Shown here one piece after another: positions 1 through 9,460 of a stretch of DNA of 64,000 bases. Every line of letters starts with the position of its first letter. Positions within the stretch are counted from its first letter, which is position 1. Both the position numbers and the translations under genes were made by a program. Under the pieces are notes generated by a model. It did no database searches. It was not told where the DNA came from and saw only the letters and a program-made list of their open reading frames with translations. The stretch is from a virus, in the UHGV virus genome UHGV-1366828; one strand, written 5' to 3'.

Positions 1-3000
1 CTGTACCACTGTTTACTATAGGAGCGGAATCCTGCCAAGTAAACGACACTGTTACTTCTTCAGCATCACCAACTTTGTTTTTGTACTCACCTGTAGGAAC
101 AACAGAAGAATCATTCTCGTCATATACAACGGTGGGAGCAGAGACAAATGTAACATTGTCGACAGTTAACATGTACCAACTCTTTAAAGAGCTAGTATCA
201 TTCAAATCTTTAATTGTAACTTCGGATAATGTTAATGTTTTTGAAGAAGATACAACTTTACAGATTATTACAACTTGACCTCTAACATCAGTTCTAGTTA
301 CTGTAACTTTATCCGACGTAGATGTAAGATATTGAATTAGGATTATACTTTCATCTGCAGGGGCTGTATTGAATTTAATTGTATCTTTATCAACAACTGT
401 AAATTCTGTAGTAGTAGTTCCGTTTATTGTAATTTCTACTTTAGGACTTGTCGTTGCATTTAAAATGTCAAGACCTAAGTCAAATGTTGTTGATGTTCCA
501 TTTCCAGTAAACCGCTCTTTAGCAAACCAGTTTAACTGTCCTATTGTTGTAGCCCCGTCTTTTACAACACCTGTAGCACTTACTGTTAGTTGTTTAACTC
601 CGAGATAAACATCTGCACTCAATGTTGTAGACATAGCTTTTGCATTGAATAGTGTCCCGTTATCTGCTTGAATTTCTACAGACAGAACGCTGTCTCCATA
701 TACACCGATGATTAAAGCATCTGTTACCGAACCAGACGTGTCGCCATTTGTATAAGTTATTACAGAATAGTTCCAGAGGTATCTATTGGTGGCATCCATT
801 GACGGAAGGTTCGTAGACCATCCTGTTGTTGGTCGAGTTGTTGTGGCACTAAGCGCGTAATACTCAACAATGCTAGTTATTCCAACACCAGCAGAACCTG
901 GTTCGCCTTGTGAGCCATATGCGCCTATAATACACGGGTCTGTATATGTCGATACTGTGTTGCTGTATTTAACCTCTTCATAATTCCATAAATAAGGTTT
1001 GTCAGAACTTATTGTCTGGATATCTGTTGTCCAGCCTTCCGTGTCTCTTGTTACACCTGTACTTACATTGGTTGCTAGATAATAATTTAGGACTGCTGTA
1101 ATACTTGTTCCATCTGCGCCGTCTTGACCATTCTGCACTAGAATTACAGGTGTTGCCCATTCGTCTGGAGTAATTGTGTCTGTATTTTCTACAGACGCTG
1201 CTGTTGCCGCTGTAACATATAACGGGTCTGTTCCTGAAGGGATTGTAGAACTCCACCCAGTAGGAACAGTTGTAAGCTTCTTTGTCGTAAAGTTGTAAGT
1301 TAGGGTAGTAGTCCAGTTAATTGTTGCAGTAGTTGCGCTACGTTTGTACAAGTATACAATGGCAGTATTAACACCATTAGTACCATCTGTACCGTCTTTA
1401 CCGTCTGTGCCATTTTGGCCCGGTGCGCCGTCTTCAACTAATTTAACAATTGAGCTCCATTCAGAAGGGAGTATTGTGTCAGTAGCTTCAGAACTTACAG
1501 CTGTTGCTTGAATTGAAAAGCACGGATTTCCATCAGATGCGGGAATTGTTCTTGACCATCCTGCAAGATTTCCTGACAGTTCTCCTGTAGCAAAAGTATA
1601 TGTTAAATTGACTGTTGGTTTAGTCAATCCCGTGTCTGTAGAAGCTCTCTTGTAAAGAAATATAGAAGCGGTATTCAGACCATTTGTGCCGTCAGTTCCT
1701 GGTGCACCATCCTGACCATTCTGCCCATTTTGCGCAAGTATAACAGGTGTTGCCCACTCAGATGAGGGAATTGAATCGTTACTGGTGTTGGAAGATGCAG
1801 TAGCTGCTGTTACAAAAATCGGAGCTGTGCCAGACGGTATTTCTTCATACCAACCTTTAGGAACATTGGTTATTGACTTTGTGTCAAAGTTGTATATTAA
1901 ATCATTTGTCCAGTCAATTGTTGCGGAGTCAGCTCTCTTGTAAAGATATACAACAGCGGAGTTTCTACCGTCAGTTCCGTCTTTACCGTCAATACCATTG
2001 GTGCCATTTCTGCTTACTGAGTAGGAGGTAGAGCTTGTATCATCTGTATATTCAATGACTGTTCGTGTCCATAAGTACTGACCCGACCCAGTAGCATCAA
2101 TTGTATCCTTCCATCCTGTTTGTGGAATATCCGTTCCACTATCCGAAACAACATATGAAATTGTTGTCTGTTTGATGCCTACACCGTCAGCACCCGGACT
2201 ACCGTCAGTACCATTTACGCCATTCTTACTTACAGAATAAGATACGGAAGATGTGTTATTTGTATACTCAATGGTTGTCCTTGTCCACAAGAATTTACCT
2301 TGAGCAACTTCTGGAATGTCCGCCTGCCAACCTGATTGAGGAAACTGAACACCATTATCAAAAACAGCATACTCAATAGTAGTGGTTTTAATTCCGATGC
2401 CTGCTTCGCCGTCTTTACCATCTGTACCATTTTTACCATCTGAAACTAACTCAGTAATACTGCTCCACTCTGACGGAGAAATTGTATCTGTCTCGCCTGT
2501 GCCGATGGCTGTCGCCTGTATAACAAAACAAGGATTTCCGTCGGAGGCAGGAATTGATTGTTTCCATCCACCGAGTTGTCCTGATAAAGTTCCTGTTGCG
2601 AATGTATATGTTAGTGTTCCTGTAGGCTTTGTAATACTGCTAGCAGATGCAGCTCGCTGGTAAAGAAAAACAGCAGCTGCACTTAATCCAGGAGCACCCT
2701 CCTCACCAGGTGCAGAATACATCGAGATTACTGTAGGAGTTGTTTCTTTACTGTCTCCTGTTGTGTAGTGAATAATCTCGTACTTCCACAAATACTTATT
2801 CTGTGGTGTAGGAGTAATAGGGTTGTCTCCCCAAACCGCTGAACCTTTGGCGGGAGGATTTTCGGGGTCGTTGTTCAAGGCGAACTTGTCTTCTATGTCT
2901 TGAATACCTTTTCCCGTTTCTGCAAAGGTTGTTATAATATGAGGACTTGTTTTTATATATCCCGATATAGTATAATGTGTAACCTCTGCATTCCACAGAT

Positions 3001-4432
3001 ATTTATTGCTTGCAGAAAGTTCGAGAGAACTCATGTCCTGAGTCCAACCAAGATCCGTCCATTCAGTTTCTACTTCAATGTCCGCCGTAGGAGAGGTTGG
3101 GGTGTTAGTATTGTTTGTTACAATATACCAATCTACTACAGGTTGGTCAATGTAATCAGAGTTACCATCTTTAGCTAACACTGTTGGAGCGGACCACGAA
3201 TTCTTTTGAATCGTATAAGTATCTCCATATCCGATAGCTGTTGCTTGTGTCACATAACAAGGATTGCCGTCCGTATTAGGAATGGTTAACGACCAGCCAT
3301 CAGGAGAGGTAGGTTGAATAGCTCCGGTACTAAATGTATAGGTCACTGCAGTTGAAGGAGTTGCAGGGGTACTTCCATAACGCTTATATAAGAGAACTGT
3401 TTTGGAATTAAGACCACTGGTACTAAATAAGGTAGGAATTGACCATTCTGCTGGAAGGATAGTTGCTTGAGCTGTTATAGAACTTGCAGTTGCTGCTGTT
3501 ACGTATAAAGGCTCTGAGCCAGAAGGAATCTCTTCACTCCAGCCTGCTGGTGCTGCAGTTAATTTTTTGTTATCAAAATCGTATGTAAGATTCTCTGTCC
3601 AATCAATTGCTGTAATCTCATCGACAGAACGTTTATATAGATATACTATTGCAGAGTTTGTACTTACACGGGAGACACCAAACGCACTATTTGTTTTACC
3701 ATCTGAAAATCTAGTGTACGTCCATGACCATAAGTAAGGGTTAACATCTGTTGTTTTTGGGGGGTTAGGAAACCATATTCCGCTTTGTGTAATATCAGGA
3801 GGAGTTGTACCGTTACTACTTATAGCATACTTAACATACGTTTCTTCGATTGTAGCACCTGAACCTGCAGAACCTTGTGCTCCTTGTATACAGGTCATAC
3901 TACGCATGATAGTTCCATCTTCATATGTGACAGTTGTTCTTTGCCACATAAACTTTCCAGGCCAATACTGAGGTGCTTGCTCAGACCAATTACTAAAGCT
4001 GTCGTAGTGGTCTTGATAGTTAGACAATGAGTATTGAATTGAAATTGCTTTTACATTGTTGGAATACTTATCGTTCAGCTTTTTCAGGGAATCCGGAGTG
4101 ACTTCACCTATCAGCGTATTTTCTGATAGATTTGTATTTACATTTACTACAAGAGAGTCTGCTGTGATGTCGGTAGACCCTTCAGGCATACCTTCACGAT
4201 AAAGTAATCCAATTATGATTGGGAATGAAAGATCGTCATTCTCAAAATCAACAATAACAACATCGCCCTCTTGATAGTTAGGGCTACAACCAGGTAAGGT
4301 TTGGATTGTAGCTGTGTATAATTCATTTGTAGGGGTAGCTGTAGGATCGGACTTTACTTTATTGTATACTGGTATCCGAACCTTCATGGAATACTTATCT
4401 AGTTTCTTTTCAATAATTGCTTTCTGTAACAT
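1..4432 (-). CDS. giant tail fibre / receptor-binding protein with collagen-like Gly-X-Y runs; partial because the C-terminal end lies beyond the window edge
   Basis: ATG at 4432-4430 preceded by GAGAGGG, then one open minus frame with no stop down to position 1 (>1,470 codons), so it is absent from the ORF track. Six Gly-X-Y runs (e.g. DGKNGTDGKDGEAGIGIK, QNGQNGQDGAPGTDGTNG) alternate with recurring '..YLYKRA..W..L.Y.F.T..GW...IP....P.YVTAATA.S......EW..P' modules; the other two minus frames here hold only short ORFs. Confidence 0.7.
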   Translation of the reverse strand, partial: MLQKAIIEKKLDKYSMKVRIPVYNKVKSDPTATPTNELYTATIQTLPGCSPNYQEGDVVIVDFENDDLSFPIIIGLLYREGMPEGSTDITADSLVVNVNTNLSENTLIGEVTPDSLKKLNDKYSNNVKAISIQYSLSNYQDHYDSFSNWSEQAPQYWPGKFMWQRTTVTYEDGTIMRSMTCIQGAQGSAGSGATIEETYVKYAISSNGTTPPDITQSGIWFPNPPKTTDVNPYLWSWTYTRFSDGKTNSAFGVSRVSTNSAIVYLYKRSVDEITAIDWTENLTYDFDNKKLTAAPAGWSEEIPSGSEPLYVTAATASSITAQATILPAEWSIPTLFSTSGLNSKTVLLYKRYGSTPATPSTAVTYTFSTGAIQPTSPDGWSLTIPNTDGNPCYVTQATAIGYGDTYTIQKNSWSAPTVLAKDGNSDYIDQPVVDWYIVTNNTNTPTSPTADIEVETEWTDLGWTQDMSSLELSASNKYLWNAEVTHYTISGYIKTSPHIITTFAETGKGIQDIEDKFALNNDPENPPAKGSAVWGDNPITPTPQNKYLWKYEIIHYTTGDSKETTPTVISMYSAPGEEGAPGLSAAAVFLYQRAASASSITKPTGTLTYTFATGTLSGQLGGWKQSIPASDGNPCFVIQATAIGTGETDTISPSEWSSITELVSDGKNGTDGKDGEAGIGIKTTTIEYAVFDNGVQFPQSGWQADIPEVAQGKFLWTRTTIEYTNNTSSVSYSVSKNGVNGTDGSPGADGVGIKQTTISYVVSDSGTDIPQTGWKDTIDATGSGQYLWTRTVIEYTDDTSSTSYSVSRNGTNGIDGKDGTDGRNSAVVYLYKRADSATIDWTNDLIYNFDTKSITNVPKGWYEEIPSGTAPIFVTAATASSNTSNDSIPSSEWATPVILAQNGQNGQDGAPGTDGTNGLNTASIFLYKRASTDTGLTKPTVNLTYTFATGELSGNLAGWSRTIPASDGNPCFSIQATAVSSEATDTILPSEWSSIVKLVEDGAPGQNGTDGKDGTDGTNGVNTAIVYLYKRSATTATINWTTTLTYNFTTKKLTTVPTGWSSTIPSGTDPLYVTAATAASVENTDTITPDEWATPVILVQNGQDGADGTSITAVLNYYLATNVSTGVTRDTEGWTTDIQTISSDKPYLWNYEEVKYSNTVSTYTDPCIIGAYGSQGEPGSAGVGITSIVEYYALSATTTRPTTGWSTNLPSMDATNRYLWNYSVITYTNGDTSGSVTDALIIGVYGDSVLSVEIQADNGTLFNAKAMSTTLSADVYLGVKQLTVSATGVVKDGATTIGQLNWFAKERFTGNGTSTTFDLGLDILNATTSPKVEITINGTTTTEFTVVDKDTIKFNTAPADESIILIQYLTSTSDKVTVTRTDVRGQVVIICKVVSSSKTLTLSEVTIKDLNDTSSLKSWYMLTVDNVTFVSAPTVVYDENDSSVVPTGEYKNKVGDAEEVTVSFTWQDSAPIVNSGT

Positions 4433-4449
4433 CTATGCTAGCCCTCTCT

Positions 4450-4695
4450 TCAAAATGTCCTTACTTTAATTGTGTTACTGTTAATAAAGAAGGTTCCCGT
4501 TCTTATTGAAACTTTTCCGTAGTAAGTGTTTATCTGTTGGCAGGCTGTGTCGGAACTTAACTGCCCTGCAAACCTTGTTAGATTTGAATCAAAATAATAG
4601 GGAGTAAAAGCAGGGCAGTATACATAATTTATTATTTTATTCTTATTTTGAAGTATTGTTGTAATACGTTGCGTATTTATAACTTTTACGCTCAA
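4450..4695 (-). CDS. hypothetical small tail-region protein
   Basis: 81 aa minus-strand ORF between the tail lysin and the fibre gene, same orientation. Confidence 0.35.
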   Translation of the reverse strand: MSVKVINTQRITTILQNKNKIINYVYCPAFTPYYFDSNLTRFAGQLSSDTACQQINTYYGKVSIRTGTFFINSNTIKVRTF

Positions 4696-4707
4696 CTACA
4701 TCACCTC

Positions 4708-7296
4708 TTAATTGGAAGTGGTAAAGGTTAAAGTATTGTCACCTGTAACTCTTGTTAGCGAAAGAATTGTTCTGTAACCACTTGCATCTACAATATCTTG
4801 TTGCTTTGTTATTACATACAATCCGCTAGACACGTGACGTTGACCATAGAATAAGGAGTTTATTCTAACATAGCTCATTAACATAGCAGGACGTAACAGA
4901 CCTTTAAGTGTTAACTTCGCTTTGACAGGGAATTGTGTCATCTGTGTCCACCAAGTTTTCTGTGCCTGCGTAGTTTTATGATATCTGCTAGAAGTTGTTG
5001 AGTTAGGTGAGTATTCCGTTGTAACATTTCCTGCGTTGTCTATGTTGTATACATAATCTTCTGTAGGAATCTGTTGAGAATATTTGTATAGTAGACTCCA
5101 CGAATCATCATTTTCTATCTGGAAATTCATAACATAGTTACTTGGTGTGTCTCCTACATATCCGGAATATCCAACATCTACTTCATATACATCAGAGCCA
5201 CTTAACGATTCCGCAGAAGCGTCTGCTGTAACTTTTACAACTCTAAAGTATGGTCCATTGTATTCGTTTGTTATATCATCAACAATGGTTAAGTGATATG
5301 TAGATTTTCCTAGAGACGTAGTTTGGTCACCAGAGGGGGACATTTCCGATACAAGATAGTTTAGATATGTTATCGGGCTCATTCCCTCTTTAGGTTCTAG
5401 ATGTGTCTCTCTGTCGTCACCAGCTATAAGTCTTCTAGCAATGGTCTTATTCTTCATTCCAGTGAAGACTTGTCGCAAGCCATATTTTTCAGAGAACAAG
5501 ATTTCAATTATCTTGTCGCTGGGCTTACAAACAACTCCAGGGAAGTTATAAGAACGAGATGCTAACTGTAAAGCATTGCTAGTACAGAACAGAGTATATG
5601 TTATTCTCGAAGAAGAAAAATCAATGTTTGAAGTCAGTTTAGTTATGATAGCTTCTTCTTCTCTGAATATGAAGGATGGCGAGCTGTAATCACCATAACT
5701 TATTTTTATTTTACCGTAGCCAACACTACTAAATATCTTGTCCAGTAGATTTGGGTCTTGACCAGGTTCAATCTGATATACCATGTTGATTGTGTACTGA
5801 TTTACTGTACCGTTTACTTTTACTATATTGATACTTTGCATATAGTTAGGATAATCAACCCTGACAGTATTTTCAGACTTTCTATATTTATATGTACCAA
5901 ATGTGTAGTTTCCTATTTGTAAAGTGATAAACGGACTTTCAACAAATGTTCCTACACTCAGTAGTCCTGTAGAACGCTGTGTAGAAATGTTTGTAGGAGT
6001 TTCATTTATTGTAACTCTTCTCACAACTTCTGCTTCGTCTACGGGACCAGCACTTCTTAATCTACGCTGTGCTTCAACATATTCTGCATAAGAGGAGTAT
6101 TTTTTATTTAAATCAGTGTCATTATCAAATTGTTGTTTGCTAATAATGTTAGAGATTGTTTTCTTCCAGTTGTCAATGGTTCCGCTTATTGCGTTGCCTA
6201 ATTTATTAACACCTTCATTGAAAGCATTTTCAACGGAAGAGCCTGTTGACTCGGAATTTTCGGGTCCTATAACTCCTGTAGCTGCATCTCTGTAACGAAG
6301 AACAACTTGCCAAGAACATTCTCTGTAATAATTTCTAGTTGCTATACCGGTTGGAGTACACTCGACCATTCTACCATTTCCAATAAACATTGCAGTATGT
6401 CCGTTAGCTCCTGCACCAGATGTGCCCGTAGCATTCCAGACAAGGACGTCTCCGGCTCGCATTCCGGTTCCGTTATCAATGTTTACCATGGAACGAACAT
6501 CGGTGAACCCGTTCGCTACAAAACAACGTTTCATGTCGCCTGTATAAGAAGCGCCTGTTTGAACGCCTGCTTTGTTCCATGCAGAAATAATAAAAGCAGA
6601 ACAGTCATATGAGGTGGGTCCCCATCTATTTGTCATGCTGTACGTATAACCTTTATTGCACTGAGCAACTGCCCACTGGATTGCTTTGTCTGTTGCAGTG
6701 GGTTGACTTGTTCCGTATAATGAATTTGTTGAAGATGTATAAGGAGCAGTGTACCCACTGTACTTGTTATAGAAAGCATACGCATGAGATCTACGAACAT
6801 CATAATTATAAACAGCAGGACGTTCATATTGCTCAAGGACTAAGTCACAAGCAGCACGAACGTCCGTAGCTCTCTTTAATTGATTTCCCCAAGATGCATT
6901 ACTAAAGGCATTGTCAGCAAAGGTTAACTGTGTGTCAAGATTTCCAACTGAAGTACCACGTTGTTTTGCAAGCTCATAAAGGTCTCTTTTATATGTCCAC
7001 CAAGTCCATTGAGCAAGTCCGTATCCTATAGAATCGTGAACAAATTTATCTTTGGAGTATGCTCCACTATCTACCTGTTGAGTATAGTCAGCATCAGACC
7101 AACCATATCCGTTTTGAACATTGTTTGCAATAAGTGCACTTTCTGCTTGGAAGTTGCCCATTATACCGGCGATGCCTTCAGAGCTGTACCCTTTAGACCG
7201 GAAAAATGACCATATCTGTTGTTCAACTGTTTGATTTGTTCTGTTTATAGCGTTAGCTCTTAGTCCGCTGCCCTCAATGTCTTGATATACTTGCAT
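4708..7296 (-). CDS. tail-associated peptidoglycan hydrolase (lysozyme-like domain + NlpC/P60/CHAP-like cysteine peptidase domain + C-terminal structural region)
   Basis: 862 aa. N-terminal 'GIAGIMGNFQAESAL...GYGLAQWT' matches the lysozyme-like motif also present in the endolysin at 48510..50048. 'YDCSAFIISAWNKAG...GHTAMFIGNG' is Cys/His peptidase-like. Located directly downstream of the tape measure/baseplate genes. Confidence 0.7.
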   Translation of the reverse strand: MQVYQDIEGSGLRANAINRTNQTVEQQIWSFFRSKGYSSEGIAGIMGNFQAESALIANNVQNGYGWSDADYTQQVDSGAYSKDKFVHDSIGYGLAQWTWWTYKRDLYELAKQRGTSVGNLDTQLTFADNAFSNASWGNQLKRATDVRAACDLVLEQYERPAVYNYDVRRSHAYAFYNKYSGYTAPYTSSTNSLYGTSQPTATDKAIQWAVAQCNKGYTYSMTNRWGPTSYDCSAFIISAWNKAGVQTGASYTGDMKRCFVANGFTDVRSMVNIDNGTGMRAGDVLVWNATGTSGAGANGHTAMFIGNGRMVECTPTGIATRNYYRECSWQVVLRYRDAATGVIGPENSESTGSSVENAFNEGVNKLGNAISGTIDNWKKTISNIISKQQFDNDTDLNKKYSSYAEYVEAQRRLRSAGPVDEAEVVRRVTINETPTNISTQRSTGLLSVGTFVESPFITLQIGNYTFGTYKYRKSENTVRVDYPNYMQSINIVKVNGTVNQYTINMVYQIEPGQDPNLLDKIFSSVGYGKIKISYGDYSSPSFIFREEEAIITKLTSNIDFSSSRITYTLFCTSNALQLASRSYNFPGVVCKPSDKIIEILFSEKYGLRQVFTGMKNKTIARRLIAGDDRETHLEPKEGMSPITYLNYLVSEMSPSGDQTTSLGKSTYHLTIVDDITNEYNGPYFRVVKVTADASAESLSGSDVYEVDVGYSGYVGDTPSNYVMNFQIENDDSWSLLYKYSQQIPTEDYVYNIDNAGNVTTEYSPNSTTSSRYHKTTQAQKTWWTQMTQFPVKAKLTLKGLLRPAMLMSYVRINSLFYGQRHVSSGLYVITKQQDIVDASGYRTILSLTRVTGDNTLTFTTSN

Positions 7297-7306
7297 AGGC
7301 TAATCC

Positions 7307-7621
7307 TCACTGAAATTCAATACTCGACAGAATTGGAATATTTAATGTACTTCCTTCAACAGGCTTTCTAAATGGGTCTGATATGTTATTAAAATCACAT
7401 ATTGCCCAAAAGTATACAGGAGAGTTATAAAAAGCAAGAGATAGAGAGTCATATGTGTCATTCTTTTTTACAACATATGCTGTATACGGAGTTGTTTTGT
7501 CGAGGTGTCGTGTAGTTCCGTAGATATATTTTCCATCTGACTTGTTATAGTAATAAGGAAATGAGCTATATCTAGAAACTCTTTTATAACTCTTATAAGT
7601 TTTGTTAGTTAATTTATCCAT
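7307..7621 (-). CDS. LysM-like tail/baseplate protein
   Basis: 104 aa; 'YTAYVVKKNDTYDSLSLAFYNSPVYFWAICDFNNISDP' resembles the LysM consensus (YxVkxGDTLxxIAxxY...I...N). Confidence 0.45.
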   Translation of the reverse strand: MDKLTNKTYKSYKRVSRYSSFPYYYNKSDGKYIYGTTRHLDKTTPYTAYVVKKNDTYDSLSLAFYNSPVYFWAICDFNNISDPFRKPVEGSTLNIPILSSIEFQ

Positions 7622-7632
7622 ACACCGCTACC

Positions 7633-8286
7633 TCATCTCGGATTAGAATAAGCAGAAAAGGGCTGTGCTGCTACGTACAGATTTCTTGCAAGAGATGTGT
7701 TTAGCCCTCTGGAACTGCCCATTTGTGCAGCTATAAGGGCATCGTAAGGCTCTGTTTCGGTTACTCCAAAGGCGACGTCAACTAATGCATACTTACCGTC
7801 GCTTAGAATTGGATAACGATAAGTAACGCCTACAGAACCTGTTATAACACCTTTTATAAACAGGTCTTGACCTAGTCTTAAAGCAACCTGAGGAGGATTT
7901 ACCATCTTCTTTGCTACTTCATATGTAGGAAGAGCGGCTGCTTGAATATATTTAATTAAAAGGTCTGTGTAATCATCGTTGCTGTTGTTTTCAATCATCG
8001 CTGTGCTAACACCGTAGTTGATCTGCTTCATCATATCTCTGTGTAGATTGAATGATACCTGTAAAGTACGAGGACCCGAACTGGAATAAGAATAGATTGG
8101 GGCAGACCTTGCAAGGGGTGTAGACGAGTTGAAGTTAACATTCTGGGTATCAGTTACTGAGTCAGCGTAAGCTGGCAGCAAAATACATACACCCATTGTA
8201 CCTTTGTTATTTGGCACATGATATAGATACAGATAGTTGTCTGGCATGACATATCTACTATATCTGTTGTTATATGTTACAGCCAT
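7633..8286 (-). CDS. hypothetical tail/baseplate protein
   Basis: 217 aa ORF, start overlaps the upstream stop by 1 nt (8286); position between tape measure and tail lysin. Confidence 0.4.
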   Translation of the reverse strand: MAVTYNNRYSRYVMPDNYLYLYHVPNNKGTMGVCILLPAYADSVTDTQNVNFNSSTPLARSAPIYSYSSSGPRTLQVSFNLHRDMMKQINYGVSTAMIENNSNDDYTDLLIKYIQAAALPTYEVAKKMVNPPQVALRLGQDLFIKGVITGSVGVTYRYPILSDGKYALVDVAFGVTETEPYDALIAAQMGSSRGLNTSLARNLYVAAQPFSAYSNPR

Positions 8287-9458
8287 TACATGTATCCTTT
8301 CATTATTGCATTTTCGACATCTTTATCAACATATCCGGTGATGTCAATTTTTCTTGTGTGTTTACTTAAAAGATAGTCTCTATAAACAGCTCTTCGTAAA
8401 TTATTATCCCAAACACCTGTTTGTGTCATTCTATTTCGTTGGGCAATCTTTATGTCAAGAGAACATTCATCTCTTGGAGTAATCACATTGTTAAGAAGAT
8501 ACTCAATCAGTCTGTTTGAAAACGGACGTTGCTCCTTGTTACTAAATTGTAACAAATCGAGTTCCGTTAGCATCATCTTGTCCAATTCAGGAGGGGAAAT
8601 CTCATTCTTTTCCTGTTTTACTTTATCGTCATACGACACATCTAACACAGGCTCGAAGTTGTAAATCTCATTACAAGATAGGTTTGTGTAGTCTCCTTCA
8701 AGAACCATAAGACTCGTCTCTACAGTAGACATAAACTGAATTAGAAGGTATAAGAATTTTTCGTTACGTTGATGTACCTTTGCGTTTCTGTCTCCTTCAT
8801 GATTCTTTACCTCTACAGTGAATGGACGTCTGAAGGAGCAAGACAGCTCTTTGTGTACATTAACGTACTCATTACGAGAACAAAGGTCACTGGTCAAGTC
8901 AAACGAAACTGAACCCGACCAGGCAGGAACAAGCTGATTATTTTCTTGATATATTGGAGCAATCATTACAGCAGAGCTAGAGTCGGCTGCGATTGTATAT
9001 TTTCGGTTAAACTTTATTGGAACCATTGCCACTTTATATGATGAGTTATCACCTTGTACAACTCCTGTTGAGTCAATGTAGTAATTAGAAATGTACTGTT
9101 TTCCCCAGCAGTTATAAAATGGCATTAAATCTATATTAAAACAATCTCGAATAGTTCGTAGATAATTTCCTAATTGACGATGTGTTTTTACATCATAGTA
9201 TAGGTTATCTGATTTGAAAGGCTCTGTAAACTTTGGATAATAATCTCCAAAAGAGTAGTGCTGTAATACTTGAACTTCCGCATCTTCAGAGAATCGCCCA
9301 CTCTTTGTACACTTGAATATGTTACATCTGTTTATGTAGATAAAGGGAGAAAGAATATAATCTCCCTCCCGTACTGTGTCGCAAATCGGAAGAGGAGTAT
9401 TACTGAGTAAGTTTTTTATCAGTTTACTCTCAATAGTGTTAGTGTAGTACTCACTCAT
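8286..9458 (-). CDS. hypothetical tail/baseplate protein (immediately downstream of tape measure)
   Basis: 390 aa ORF, tightly coupled to neighbours. Confidence 0.4.
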   Translation of the reverse strand: MSEYYTNTIESKLIKNLLSNTPLPICDTVREGDYILSPFIYINRCNIFKCTKSGRFSEDAEVQVLQHYSFGDYYPKFTEPFKSDNLYYDVKTHRQLGNYLRTIRDCFNIDLMPFYNCWGKQYISNYYIDSTGVVQGDNSSYKVAMVPIKFNRKYTIAADSSSAVMIAPIYQENNQLVPAWSGSVSFDLTSDLCSRNEYVNVHKELSCSFRRPFTVEVKNHEGDRNAKVHQRNEKFLYLLIQFMSTVETSLMVLEGDYTNLSCNEIYNFEPVLDVSYDDKVKQEKNEISPPELDKMMLTELDLLQFSNKEQRPFSNRLIEYLLNNVITPRDECSLDIKIAQRNRMTQTGVWDNNLRRAVYRDYLLSKHTRKIDITGYVDKDVENAIMKGYM

Positions 9459-9460
9459 AA

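Noticed and set aside
1002-2996. Short minus-strand ORFs (1002..1256, 2230..2439, 2796..2996) and plus-strand ORFs in 1..4432
   Set aside because: They lie in the alternative frames of, or antisense to, the uninterrupted giant fibre reading frame. Products are Arg/Ser/Tyr/Cys-rich and low-complexity.
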